64,000 bases of DNA, taken from assembly GCA_963706025.1 (NCBI GenBank), contig CAVPLM010000005.1, positions 224,001-288,000 on the forward strand. Direction: 5' to 3'. The stretch comes from an uncultured Actinomycetes bacterium (GTDB lineage: Bacteria > Actinomycetota > Thermoleophilia > RBG-16-64-13). The position numbers and the translations under genes are program-made. The first letter of the stretch is position 1. Each line of letters begins with the position of its first letter. Positions 1 through 9,611 of the stretch are shown here, in pieces. The notes under the pieces were generated by a model. The model was not told the origin of the DNA. It saw nothing but the letters and a program-made list of their open reading frames with translations, and did not search any database.

Positions 1-3000
1 TTAGAGACAGCGGGTCGGAGTATCGGTTGAACGGTACCGGTTGCAGGCTGCTGGATGTCCAGGACCTGGTCGGCGGCCTGGGCCTGGGCAGGGAGATGCA
101 CAGTGTCGTCAGCCAGGGTAAGGTCGAGGCCCTCCTCAACTCCACTCCTGAAGCCCGGCGGGGACTGGTGGAGGAGGCGGCCGGACTGGGAGTGTTCAAG
201 AAGCGGCGGGAGCGGGCCCAGGCGAAGCTGGAACGGACGCGGCGGAATCTTCTCCGCGTGGGAGACATCGAGCGGGAGGTCAATGGTGCCCTGCGGCCTC
301 TCAGACAGCAGGTGGCAGCCGCGGAGCGGTTTGCCGAAGCTACGGAGGAATGGGCCCGCGCCAAGGCCAAGTGGGTCCTTCTCACCTTGGCCGGCATCCA
401 GGACTCCTGTCGGGAGACCGGGGAAGAGCTGGCTCAACTGCGCAGGCGGCGGGGGGAGACAGAGACCGGACTGGCGGAGCTTCGCCGTCAACGTCTGGCC
501 GAAGAGGAGCAGTTCGCCGCCGTGCTGCAGGGCCGGGAGGAGCTGAGCAGTGACTACCATCGGCTGCGCTCCGAAGCCGAGCGCGTTGAAGGACGGGCTG
601 TCGCCCTCCGGCAGAGGGTGGCCCGCCTTGAAGGGGATCTGGATCGCGCGCGCAGGCGCCGGGAACTGGCGCAGGGCGAGATGGCTTCATTGGCCTCCCG
701 GCTCGAGGCAATCACTGCTTTGTCCACAGACGAGGCCAGGCTTGGGGTAGTGAACGGTTGGGAAGCGGCCATGAATTCGGCACTGGAGGAGTCGCTCCCC
801 GTCTATCGGACTCTGAGCGAGACCGAAGACGATCTCAAGGACGCGGTCTTCGAGCTGGAGGCGGCCCGCTCGCGGGCCGTGCAGGACCGTGACTTCCTCC
901 GCAGGGAGATCGAAAGCAAAGAGCGGGCGATCTCGGAATTGACCGCGGTGATGCAAGCGGCGATCGCTCGTCTGGAGGAGTTGGAGGCAGAAGCAGCCGC
1001 GCTGGAGCGACAGAAGAAGGCGGGCGAGGAGGCGCTACGCTCGGCCCAGGAGGCGCTCACCGCGGCCGTATCCCGGCGCGAGGAAGCGCGGACCCGCGAG
1101 ACGGAAGCCGCCCGCGAAGAAACGGCCCTTAGAGAGGTCGTCGCCGGCCTTGAATCGAGAGAGGCGGTCTTGCGGGATGTCCTGGAGCGGAGGGAGGGCG
1201 TCCCGGCCGGTGCGCAGGCACTGCTGACTTCAGCCGAGAAGCATCGGCTCCTGACCGAGGTTCTCGTTGTGGAACCGGGCTACGAGAGGGCCCTGGCCGC
1301 CGCACTGGGATCCTTGGCCCAAGCCGTCGTCTGGGCTGACCGCGCCGATATCACCCTCGCCCTCGAAGTCGACGGGCCGCTCGAAGCCATTCGGGCCAAC
1401 GCGCATGTCGCCGCGGAGGCGGGACCGGAGGACACAGGGGCGGTGGATCCCGTGACCTCGTACGGAGAGCCGGCAGGATCCCTTCCTCCGGAGACCCGAG
1501 ATCTGTGGGAGTTCGTCTCGGGACCCAGAGAGTTGATCGACACCTTGAAGGTGCTTCTCCCGCCCACGGGGGTGCTGACCGGTGATGACCGGCTCGGCGC
1601 GTATCTGCCGGGCGAGGGGAGCGGGTCCTGGCGCGTGGTCACCCGCTCGGGTGAATTGGTCCGGGCGGGTCTGCACGTTGCGAGACGCAAGGATGTGGGA
1701 GCCGAGGCCATCCTGGAAGCGCAGAATGAACTGCGCTCTGTCGCTGGGGAGCGCGCGACGCTGGCAGAGAGGCTGGGGGAGGCCCGCAGGATTGCCGAAG
1801 AGGCGCGGGACGTGGCCGCGGGTGCCGAAGACGAATGCCGGCGGGCTGAGGAGACCCTGCGCGAGGCCGAGGCGAGGCTGGCGGCTCATGCGAACGAGTG
1901 CGACCTGCACGCCCGTCGCGTAGAGGAATCCGGGGTGGGGCGCTCGGAGTTGCAGGCTCGTCACGAGCGCGAGCTTGCAGCACTCGCCCAGTTGGCGGCC
2001 GATCTACACGCGCTGGAAGAGACGACGGCCTCAAGGGAGCTGGAGCTGGAGGCGGCTCGCGCGTCCCTTCGAGGCGCGCAGACTCGTCTTGAGTCTCTGA
2101 GGAACACCGTGGGCAGGTTGCGGGCCAAGAAGAGCCAGGCGGAGCTGGTCGAAGTCAGGCTGCGCGAGCGGTGCCGGGCCAACCAGAACGAACGTGAGCG
2201 TGCGCAGGCACAGTGGGACGCAGCGACTGCGGAGGCGGGGCGCTGCGAGCGCAGGGTGACGTTCTTGGAGCGCTATCTACCGGTCCTGAGCGGTTTGCTT
2301 GCCGTTGTCGAGAAGCTTGCGGAGCGCCTTCGGACTGTGTCGGTGGGGTTGGAATCGCAGTTGGAAGAAGTGCGGGTGCGCTCACAGGACGCAGCGAAGA
2401 CCATCCGGGACTGGGGAGGGGCGGAAGCCGAGCTTCAGCGCGAGCAGGACGCGTCGGCGGACCGGATAGGTCAGCTGCAGGTGGACGAGGCCCGGCTGGA
2501 CGATCGCCGGTCGGCGCTCGAGGGTGACCTTGCCGAACTCCGCCGTCGGCACCTGTCTCCCCGGGGACTGACCCTCGCGGGAGTGGTGGGTGAGGATGCG
2601 GACGTTCTGCTCGGGGCCGTGGAGCGAGCGGAACGCAGACGAGAGAAGATCGGGCCGGTCAATCCACTTGCCGAACGAGAGTGCGCGGAACTTGAAGAGC
2701 GAGCCCGCTTCCTGAAGGAGCAACGTCGTGATCTGGAAGCTTCGCTCTCCCAACTGCAAGAGCTGATCTCCGGGCTCGATGAACACATCGAGGGAGCTTT
2801 CTCCGAGATCTTTCAGGCCACCAGAGAGCATTTCTCGGCGGTTATCGCCACGGTGTTCCCGGGAGCAAAGGGAACGCTCAGACTCACGGAGGCGAGGACC
2901 GCCGCTGCGCGGGCGGAAACGGGGGTGAACGGTCGGCCCGGCGATCTGGAAGATGAGGAAGTCGTCGGGGAGGCCATGGGCGGCATAGCTCTCGAGGTGA

Positions 3001-3377
3001 GATTGCCGAACAAGGCCCCGCGCAGCATGAGTCTGCTCTCCGGAGGAGAAAAGGCGATGACGGCGATCGCCTTCCTCTTCTCGCTGTTTCTGGCTCGTCC
3101 CTGCCCCTTCTACATCCTGGACGAAGTGGAAGCCTCTCTTGACGATGTGAACATCCGCCGTTTCCTGTCCCTGATAAGGAAGTACAGGGAGAAGACGCAG
3201 TTCATAGTCATCACTCATCAGCGTCAGACCATGGAGATAGCCGACACGCTCTATGGCGTCGCTCTGGAGAGCGATGGCACCTCGCGCGTACTGTCTCGCA
3301 GATTTGGAGAGAAGAAGGAAACGCGCGACCGTGCCGGGCGGCGGGAGGCAGCGGGTCTGGTTCCGAAAGGGGCGTGA
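1..3377 (+). CDS. smc: Chromosome segregation protein SMC (5' end outside window)
   Basis: Frame open from window start; Q-loop VVSQG, long coiled coils, hinge, LLSGGEK signature, Walker B YILDEVEASLD, FIVITH. Confidence 0.97.
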   Translation, partial: RDSGSEYRLNGTGCRLLDVQDLVGGLGLGREMHSVVSQGKVEALLNSTPEARRGLVEEAAGLGVFKKRRERAQAKLERTRRNLLRVGDIEREVNGALRPLRQQVAAAERFAEATEEWARAKAKWVLLTLAGIQDSCRETGEELAQLRRRRGETETGLAELRRQRLAEEEQFAAVLQGREELSSDYHRLRSEAERVEGRAVALRQRVARLEGDLDRARRRRELAQGEMASLASRLEAITALSTDEARLGVVNGWEAAMNSALEESLPVYRTLSETEDDLKDAVFELEAARSRAVQDRDFLRREIESKERAISELTAVMQAAIARLEELEAEAAALERQKKAGEEALRSAQEALTAAVSRREEARTRETEAAREETALREVVAGLESREAVLRDVLERREGVPAGAQALLTSAEKHRLLTEVLVVEPGYERALAAALGSLAQAVVWADRADITLALEVDGPLEAIRANAHVAAEAGPEDTGAVDPVTSYGEPAGSLPPETRDLWEFVSGPRELIDTLKVLLPPTGVLTGDDRLGAYLPGEGSGSWRVVTRSGELVRAGLHVARRKDVGAEAILEAQNELRSVAGERATLAERLGEARRIAEEARDVAAGAEDECRRAEETLREAEARLAAHANECDLHARRVEESGVGRSELQARHERELAALAQLAADLHALEETTASRELELEAARASLRGAQTRLESLRNTVGRLRAKKSQAELVEVRLRERCRANQNERERAQAQWDAATAEAGRCERRVTFLERYLPVLSGLLAVVEKLAERLRTVSVGLESQLEEVRVRSQDAAKTIRDWGGAEAELQREQDASADRIGQLQVDEARLDDRRSALEGDLAELRRRHLSPRGLTLAGVVGEDADVLLGAVERAERRREKIGPVNPLAERECAELEERARFLKEQRRDLEASLSQLQELISGLDEHIEGAFSEIFQATREHFSAVIATVFPGAKGTLRLTEARTAAARAETGVNGRPGDLEDEEVVGEAMGGIALEVRLPNKAPRSMSLLSGGEKAMTAIAFLFSLFLARPCPFYILDEVEASLDDVNIRRFLSLIRKYREKTQFIVITHQRQTMEIADTLYGVALESDGTSRVLSRRFGEKKETRDRAGRREAAGLVPKGA

Positions 3378-3381
3378 CGTA

Positions 3382-4386
3382 TTGAGCCACGATTGGTCGG
3401 AAGTGTTCATCGGGGTAGCCGAAGAGGCTGTCGTTCACACTCCGGAGGAAGAGCAAGACAAGCAGGGAGGCTGGCTCTCACAACTCCGGGACGGCCTGAC
3501 AAAGAGTCGCAGGTTGCTGCAACAGCAGTTCGCCTCGGTGCTCTTCGACCGCTTTGATGAAGATCTGTGGGAGCAGATCGAGGAGGCGCTGATATACGCC
3601 GACGTCGGTGTCGATACCACCGTCTCGATCGTCGAGACCCTGGAGGCGGAGGCCGACGCCGGGACCATCAAGGACTCGGCCGGGCTTCTGGCAAAGCTCC
3701 GCGAGGTCACGGCGGCCCACTTCTGCCAGGCCGACACTCGCATAGACGTGGCTCACTCGCCCGCCGTGATCCTGATGGCCGGCGTGAACGGCACGGGCAA
3801 GACCACCACCATCGGCAAGATCGCCTGGCATCTGAAAGAGCTGGGGAAGGAGCCGCTTCTGGTGGCGGGAGACACCTTCCGGGCGGCGGCAGTGGAGCAG
3901 CTCGTTGAGTGGGGCCGGCGGGTCGGTTGCGAAGTGGTGCGACACGAGCGGGGTGGAGACCCCGGAGCCGTGGTCTTCGATGGCCTTGCCGCCGCCGAGG
4001 CCCGGGCAGCCGACGTGGTGATCATCGATACCGCCGGTCGGCTGCACACCCAGGTCAACCTGATGAAGGAGCTGGAAAAGATCGTCCGGGTCATAAAGAA
4101 ACGTGTGCCCGACGCCCCGCACGAGTGTCTGCTCACCATAGACGCGACCACCGGACAGAACGGTCTGGTCCAGGCCCGCATGTTCAAAGAGTCGGTCGAT
4201 CTGACCGGGGTGGTGCTGACCAAGATGGACGGCACCGCCAAGGGCGGTATCGCCCTGGCCGTGTCACACGAGCTGGAGCTGCCCATCAAGCTCATCGGCA
4301 CGGGAGAGAAGCTCGAGAGCCTGCAGCCGTTCGACCCGGTCGTTTTTGCCGGGCTGCTGTTCGATGACTCGCTGGCCCGGCGATGA
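3382..4386 (+). CDS. ftsY: SRP receptor FtsY (probable TTG start at 3382)
   Basis: GVNGTGKTTT, DTFRAAA, DTAGR, TKMDGTAKGG; lies between smc and ffh. Confidence 0.96.
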   Translation: MSHDWSEVFIGVAEEAVVHTPEEEQDKQGGWLSQLRDGLTKSRRLLQQQFASVLFDRFDEDLWEQIEEALIYADVGVDTTVSIVETLEAEADAGTIKDSAGLLAKLREVTAAHFCQADTRIDVAHSPAVILMAGVNGTGKTTTIGKIAWHLKELGKEPLLVAGDTFRAAAVEQLVEWGRRVGCEVVRHERGGDPGAVVFDGLAAAEARAADVVIIDTAGRLHTQVNLMKELEKIVRVIKKRVPDAPHECLLTIDATTGQNGLVQARMFKESVDLTGVVLTKMDGTAKGGIALAVSHELELPIKLIGTGEKLESLQPFDPVVFAGLLFDDSLARR

Positions 4387-4443
4387 GTCGGGCCTCATCC
4401 GGACTAGGGCGTGCCGTTGACGCTCCCACCCACGAGCGGCGGT

Positions 4444-4472
4444 TTGACGGGAGTTCCGGAGGCTAGTAAACT
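4444..4472 (+). promoter_or_regulatory. Sigma70-type promoter upstream of ffh
   Basis: TTGACG (4444-4449), 17-nt spacer, TAAACT (4467-4472). Confidence 0.65.
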
Positions 4473-4545
4473 CCCACCCTCGCGGCCGGAACGGGGCCGC
4501 TGCGAAGCGGTGCCCGTGGGGCGCCGCCGAATTACAAGGTGACAG

Positions 4546-5880
4546 ATGTTCGATTCCCTCTCCGACAAGCTGCAGATAGCCTTCGACGGCCTCAAGAGAC
4601 AGGGCAAGCTCACGGACAAAGACGTGGAGCGGGCCGCTCGCGAGATCCGCTTGGCCTTGCTCGAGGCCGACGTCAACTACAAGGTGGTGAAGGAGTTCGT
4701 GGACAAGGTCAAGGAGCGTGCTCTTGGCGCCGAGGTCCTCGAGAGCCTCACTCCCGCCCAGCAGTTCATCAAGATCGTCAACGAAGAGCTGGTAGCTCTG
4801 ATGGGTTCGTCCACTACGAAGCTGACCTTCTCGCCTCGGCTGCCGACCGTGATCATGATGGTGGGCCTGCAGGGTTCGGGCAAGACGACGGCCTGTGGAA
4901 AACTGGCCAACTTCCTGCTCACACAGGGCAAGAGCCCCGGCCTGGTGGCAGGGGACGTCTACCGGCCGGCGGCCATCGACCAGTTGAAGACGCTGGGTGA
5001 GCAGCTCGGCGTCCCTGTGTACGACGAGGGCGTCAAGGCCGATCCGGTGGACATAGCCAAGCACGGCGTGGAATGGGCCCGCGAAAAGGGGCGCGACGTC
5101 CTGATCGTGGACACAGCCGGGCGGCTGCACATCGACGAGAAGCTGATGGAAGAGTTGGTGCGCATCCGCAACACGGTCAAGCCGCACAACATCCTGCTCG
5201 TCTTGGACGCCATGACCGGCCAGGATGCCGTCAATGTGGCCCTGCAGTTCCAGGAGCGGGTGCAGTTCGACGGGGTGATCCTGACCAAGATGGACGGTGA
5301 TGCCCGGGGCGGCGCCGCACTCTCGGTGCGCGCCGTGACCGGCAAGCCGATCAAGTTCGCGAGCAGCGGTGAGAAGCTCGACAACTTCGAGTACTTCCAC
5401 CCCGACAGAGTAGCTTCGCGCATCCTGGGGATGGGGGACGTGCTCTCGCTCATCGAGAAGGCCGAGCGCACCATCGACGAGAAGAAGGCGCGGGAGTTGG
5501 AGCAGAAGCTGCGCAAAAGCACCTTCACCTTCGACGACTTCCTCGAGCAGATCCAGCAGGTGCGCAAGATGGGCTCGATCTCCAGCCTGCTCGGGATGAT
5601 CCCCGGGATCCCCTCGTCCAAGCTCAAGGGTCTGCAGGTGGACGACAAGGCCTTCGACAAGATCCAGGCCGTAATCTACTCGATGACAGCAGAGGAGCGT
5701 CGTCACCCCGAACTCATCAACGGCAGCCGCCGCCGGCGCATCGCGGCCGGTTCAGGTTCCGATATCCACTCGGTCAACCAGTTGCTCAACCAGTTCAAGC
5801 AGGTGCAGAAGATGATGAAGCAGCTGGGCTCAGGCCGCATGCCCAAGAACCCGTTCCAGATGTTCGGGAACCCAAGTTAG
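4546..5880 (+). CDS. ffh: Signal recognition particle protein Ffh
   Basis: ALLEADV, GLQGSGKTT, DTAGRL, DGDARGGAALS, Met-rich C-terminal domain. Confidence 0.98.
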   Translation: MFDSLSDKLQIAFDGLKRQGKLTDKDVERAAREIRLALLEADVNYKVVKEFVDKVKERALGAEVLESLTPAQQFIKIVNEELVALMGSSTTKLTFSPRLPTVIMMVGLQGSGKTTACGKLANFLLTQGKSPGLVAGDVYRPAAIDQLKTLGEQLGVPVYDEGVKADPVDIAKHGVEWAREKGRDVLIVDTAGRLHIDEKLMEELVRIRNTVKPHNILLVLDAMTGQDAVNVALQFQERVQFDGVILTKMDGDARGGAALSVRAVTGKPIKFASSGEKLDNFEYFHPDRVASRILGMGDVLSLIEKAERTIDEKKARELEQKLRKSTFTFDDFLEQIQQVRKMGSISSLLGMIPGIPSSKLKGLQVDDKAFDKIQAVIYSMTAEERRHPELINGSRRRRIAAGSGSDIHSVNQLLNQFKQVQKMMKQLGSGRMPKNPFQMFGNPS

Positions 5881-5896
5881 AGGGAGGAGGTGACCT

Positions 5897-6139
5897 ATGG
5901 CAACAGCTATCAGATTGGCGCGTCGAGGCAGCAAGAAGCGTCCGACGTACCGCATCGTGGTGGCGGATTCTCGCCGGGCCCGTGACGGCCGGTTCATCGA
6001 GACCATCGGCTACTACAACCCGCAGAACGATCCGTCTGTCATCGAAGTGGACGAGACCAAGGCCAAGAAATGGCTGGAATCCGGCGCTCAGCCCTCCGAT
6101 ACGGTGCGCAAACTCCTGAGTCTGAAAGGCATCGTCTAG
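5897..6139 (+). CDS. rpsP: 30S ribosomal protein S16
   Basis: [31 protein letters not shown]; SD GGAGGAGGT. Confidence 0.98.
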   Translation: MATAIRLARRGSKKRPTYRIVVADSRRARDGRFIETIGYYNPQNDPSVIEVDETKAKKWLESGAQPSDTVRKLLSLKGIV

Positions 6140-6370
6140 GTGAAAGAACTGCTTGAATTCCTGGCCCGGTCGCTCGTCGACCACCCCGAACAGGTGCGGG
6201 TCGAGGAGATCGAGTCCGAAAACGGAGTGGTACTGCGACTCAGCGTGGCCAAGGAAGACGTGGGGAAGGTCATCGGCAAACAGGGTCGCATCGCCCGAGC
6301 CCTGCGGACCGTGGTGAAAGCGAGCGCCGTCAAGGACGGTAAGCAAGCTACCGTCGAGATACTCGACTAG
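6140..6370 (+). CDS. khpA: KH-domain RNA-binding protein KhpA
   Basis: DVGKVIGKQGRIARALRT KH motif; conserved position after rpsP. Confidence 0.95.
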   Translation: MKELLEFLARSLVDHPEQVRVEEIESENGVVLRLSVAKEDVGKVIGKQGRIARALRTVVKASAVKDGKQATVEILD

Positions 6371-6465
6371 GCTCGTTTCGAATGACCTTTCGCGGACCGA
6401 GGACGACGCGCCACGCCGCTCAGTGCGGGCTCGGCGGCCGAGATGTTGTCCCGAAACGGGCCCTG
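6368..6465. repeat. Internally deleted copy of dispersed palindromic (MITE/RPE-like) element
   Basis: Inverted ends GGCTCGTTTCG / CGAAACGGGCC; shares GACCGAGGACGA and CACGCCGCYCAGYGCG with the 52395-52560 copy. Confidence 0.75.
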
Positions 6466-6473
6466 TGACCGGC

Positions 6474-7130
6474 ATGTCGCGCCCGGAGTGGATCGAGGTG
6501 GGCCGGGTATCCCGGCCTCACGGCGTGCACGGAGAAGTGCGGATCGTGCCCAGTTCGGACAACCCGGAGCGCTTCACCCCCGACTCCGTCCTGTACGCGC
6601 GGCCTGGGCGCCTGGGCGTCGCGGGGCCGCGCCTCCGGGAGCAAGTGCGGCTGACCATCTCGACCATCCGAGGCGACGAGGGCTTCCCCATCCTGGGGTT
6701 CAGCGAGGTCGTGGGCCGCGATGCGGCCGAGGCGTTGCGGGACTACGTGCTCGAGATCCGCTCGAGCCAACTTCCGGAACTGGACGAAGACGAGTTCTAT
6801 CCCTTCGATCTCATCGGTCTGGAGGTCCGGGACCAAAGCGGAGCCGTCATCGGCCGGGTGAAGGACGTGCTGGACTCCCCGGCGCACCCACTGTTGCTGG
6901 TCGCGAGCGGGTCGGGCACGGTCGAAACCACGGAGACGGAGTACCTGATCCCCTTCGTGAGCCCGGCGGTGCCGGTCGTGGCCCTGACCGAAGGATACCT
7001 GGTGGTCGCGCCGGGCTTCCTGGGGGACCACGACGCTCCCGGGGCCGCTGGCGAGGACGGCCCTGACGACGAGGGCGGCCCCGACGATGAGGGCGGCCCT
7101 GACGACGAGGGCGGCCTCGGTCCGGGATGA
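6474..7130 (+). CDS. rimM: 16S rRNA processing protein RimM with acidic repeat tail
   Basis: VGRVSRPHGVHGEV, LDEDEFYPFDLIGLEV, LIPFV; rpsP-khpA-rimM-trmD order. Confidence 0.95.
   Translation: MSRPEWIEVGRVSRPHGVHGEVRIVPSSDNPERFTPDSVLYARPGRLGVAGPRLREQVRLTISTIRGDEGFPILGFSEVVGRDAAEALRDYVLEIRSSQLPELDEDEFYPFDLIGLEVRDQSGAVIGRVKDVLDSPAHPLLLVASGSGTVETTETEYLIPFVSPAVPVVALTEGYLVVAPGFLGDHDAPGAAGEDGPDDEGGPDDEGGPDDEGGLGPG
7059..7115 (+). repeat. 18-bp tandem repeat x3 encoding GPDDEG in the RimM tail
   Basis: GGCCCYGACGAYGAGGGC repeated three times. Confidence 0.9.
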
Positions 7131-7831
7131 AACGCATCATCGTCTTCACCTTGGTACCGGAGGCCTTCACTTGGTTCCAGGCCCAACATCCGGTCGCCAA
7201 CGCGATCACGAGCGGCGCGGCCGTGCTGCACGTCCACAACCTGCGCGACTACGGCGCCCCGCCGCATCATGAGGTCGACGATACCCCCTATGGCGGCGGA
7301 CCGGGCATGGTCACCCGGGTCGATGTGGTCGGTCACGCCCTCGAGCAGGTGTTCGGGGAGCCGGCCGGGCACGTGCGCGACACCCGAGACGTCTATGTGC
7401 TGTCCGCGGGAGGGCGGCCGTTCGACCAAACTCTGAGTCGCGGACTGTCCGAGAGCGGACGAGAGCTCGTGCTCCTCTGTGGCCGGTTCGAGGGCTTCGA
7501 TGCTAGGGTGGAAGCGCTGTTCGCCACGGGATCGCTCTCCATCGGGCCCTATGTGCTGGCCGGGGGGGAAGTGGCCGCGTTGGCCGTGGTCGAGGCGGTG
7601 ATACGACATCTTCCGGGCTCGTTGGGAAACGCTGAGAGCGTGCTGGAGGAATCCTTCAGCGAAGGACTGGGGGGGATGGTGGAGTACCCACATTACACCC
7701 GGCCTCGTATCTACCAAGGCGCGGAGGTCCCGGCGGTCCTGGTGAGTGGAGATCATGGGGCCATCGCACGTTGGCGGCGGGAGAACGCCCGTCCTTCACC
7801 GTGGGGGTGGAGAGAAGGGAGCAGAACGTGA
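7127..7831 (+). CDS. trmD: tRNA (guanine37-N1)-methyltransferase
   Basis: VDDTPYGGGPGMV, LCGRFEG, SIGPYVLAGGE, EYPHYTRP. Confidence 0.96.
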   Translation: MKRIIVFTLVPEAFTWFQAQHPVANAITSGAAVLHVHNLRDYGAPPHHEVDDTPYGGGPGMVTRVDVVGHALEQVFGEPAGHVRDTRDVYVLSAGGRPFDQTLSRGLSESGRELVLLCGRFEGFDARVEALFATGSLSIGPYVLAGGEVAALAVVEAVIRHLPGSLGNAESVLEESFSEGLGGMVEYPHYTRPRIYQGAEVPAVLVSGDHGAIARWRRENARPSPWGWREGSRT

Positions 7832-8481
7832 GCGGCGAGCAAGACCGATCGAACCGGGGAAGCTCCGGCTCATCGCCTACGGAGACCACGGGGAGCAGCA
7901 CGCCGCGGAGCGAGGACCGCCGGGCGACGACGGGAAGCTCCAAAGCCCGCGGGGTCGAGAAGAAGAGGCGTGGTGCTCTTGGGATGGTGATCGAGGTCGT
8001 GGTGATCGTAGCGGCGGCTTTCGCGATCGCCCTGCTGGTGCAGTGGCTACTGGTCAAGCCGTTCACTATCCACCAGGTGTCCATGCAGCCCACCCTGATG
8101 GAAGGGGACCGCATCCTTATCAACCGTCTGACGTATCACTTCAGGGATCCCCGGAGTGGTGACGTAGTGGTCTTCGATTCTCCCATCAACGAGAGCGAGG
8201 ATCTGGTCAAGCGCGTCGTGGCCGTAGAGGGCGACGAAGTAGCCATCCAAGACGGGTCCCTTTTCGTGAACGGTGTCGCCCAAGAAGAACCGTATCTTCT
8301 CGAGCAGGATTTCCAGGGCGAGGAAGGCGAGACCGTCGTCCCGGTCGGCCACGTCTTCGTGCTCGGCGACAATCGCAACAACAGTGGCGACAGCCGCATC
8401 TTCGGGCCGATCCCCGCAGACTCCATCATCGGGACCGGGTTCGTGATCTACTGGCCCATCGGGCACTGGGGAGGCATCTAG
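7828..8481 (+). CDS. lepB: Signal peptidase I (paralog 1)
   Basis: TM helix, SMQPTL catalytic Ser, VKRV catalytic Lys, [11 protein letters not shown]; GTG start overlaps trmD stop. Confidence 0.93.
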   Translation: MSGEQDRSNRGSSGSSPTETTGSSTPRSEDRRATTGSSKARGVEKKRRGALGMVIEVVVIVAAAFAIALLVQWLLVKPFTIHQVSMQPTLMEGDRILINRLTYHFRDPRSGDVVVFDSPINESEDLVKRVVAVEGDEVAIQDGSLFVNGVAQEEPYLLEQDFQGEEGETVVPVGHVFVLGDNRNNSGDSRIFGPIPADSIIGTGFVIYWPIGHWGGI

Positions 8482-8539
8482 CACCCGTCGGCCGCGCAGG
8501 GTGCACGGCGAGCGGTCCGAGGCCGCCGGCGGCTTCAGG

Positions 8540-8633
8540 TTGCATTCAGCGGCCGTATGCTCTAAAGTCTGCTGGCTTTTCTGGGCATTGCCTTTCTGAT
8601 GAACGCAGGATGACGCTAGGGCTAGGTATACAC
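8540..8633 (+). promoter_or_regulatory. Promoter and possible L19 leader upstream of rplS
   Basis: TTGCAT (8540-8545), 17 nt, TAAAGT (8563-8568); leader contains GATGAACG, reminiscent of L19 leaders (weak). Confidence 0.5.
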
Positions 8634-8978
8634 ATGGGCGCGATAGAGGAATTCGAGCGGGGACAGCTCCGTCAGGGCATCCCGGATTTCAAATCCGGAG
8701 ACACCTTGCGTGTGCACTTCAAAGTGGTCGAAGGGAGCCGGGAGAGGATCCAGGTGTTCCAGGGCTTCTGTATCCGCAAGCAGGGCCATGGGGTGCGGGA
8801 GACCTTCACGGTGCGCAAGCAGTCCTTCGGAGTAGGGGTGGAGCGCACTTTCCCCCTGCATTCCCCTAAGATCGAGAAGATAGAGGTCACCGCCATCGGT
8901 GATGTCTCTAGGGCCAAGCTCTACTACCTGCGTGAGAAGCTGGGCAAGAAAGCCCGAGTCAAAGAGAAGCGTATCTGA
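8634..8978 (+). CDS. rplS: 50S ribosomal protein L19
   Basis: [43 protein letters not shown]. Confidence 0.98.
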   Translation: MGAIEEFERGQLRQGIPDFKSGDTLRVHFKVVEGSRERIQVFQGFCIRKQGHGVRETFTVRKQSFGVGVERTFPLHSPKIEKIEVTAIGDVSRAKLYYLREKLGKKARVKEKRI

Positions 8979-8992
8979 GGAGCGGGGGTCCG

Positions 8993-9598
8993 GTGAGCGA
9001 ACCGGATTCGGTCTCTCTGGCCGAGCCGGAGCCGTTGGGCGCCGTCGAAGAGGCGCCTGTGGCTGAGGCGGTCAAGCGAGGGAATCGCACCCTTCGCTGG
9101 GTCGTCGAGGTGGTCGTGATCGTAGCGGCCGCTTTCGTGCTCGCCCTTCTGGTACAACAGTTCATCGTCAAACCATTTGCTATCCCGTCTCCCTCCATGG
9201 AGCCCACTCTGGTCGAGGGCGACCGCGTCCTGGTGAACCGGCTCGTTTACCACTTCCGGTCCCCGGAGAAAGGCGACGTCGTCGTCTTCCACCCTCCTGA
9301 CCGACCCGGGTCCGACCCCTTCATCAAGCGAGTAGTGGCGGTGAGCGGCGATACCATCGCCGTGCACGACGGGGCGCTCTGGGTGAACGACGTGGCTCAG
9401 GACGAGTCGTTCATCAAGGAATACCCCATCCTCGACGATTTCCCCGAGACCACCATCGCTCCTGGTTATGTGTGGGTCATGGGCGACAATCGCAACAACA
9501 GCGGCGACAGCCGTATCTTCGGGCCGGTGAGCGAGGAGGCCATCATGGGCGAGGCCTTCGCCGTCTACTGGCCGCTCGGCCATCTCAGCGGCCTCTAG
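8993..9598 (+). CDS. lepB: Signal peptidase I (paralog 2)
   Basis: [28 protein letters not shown]. Confidence 0.94.
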   Translation: MSEPDSVSLAEPEPLGAVEEAPVAEAVKRGNRTLRWVVEVVVIVAAAFVLALLVQQFIVKPFAIPSPSMEPTLVEGDRVLVNRLVYHFRSPEKGDVVVFHPPDRPGSDPFIKRVVAVSGDTIAVHDGALWVNDVAQDESFIKEYPILDDFPETTIAPGYVWVMGDNRNNSGDSRIFGPVSEEAIMGEAFAVYWPLGHLSGL

Positions 9599-9611
9599 CC
9601 CGACCGGATTC

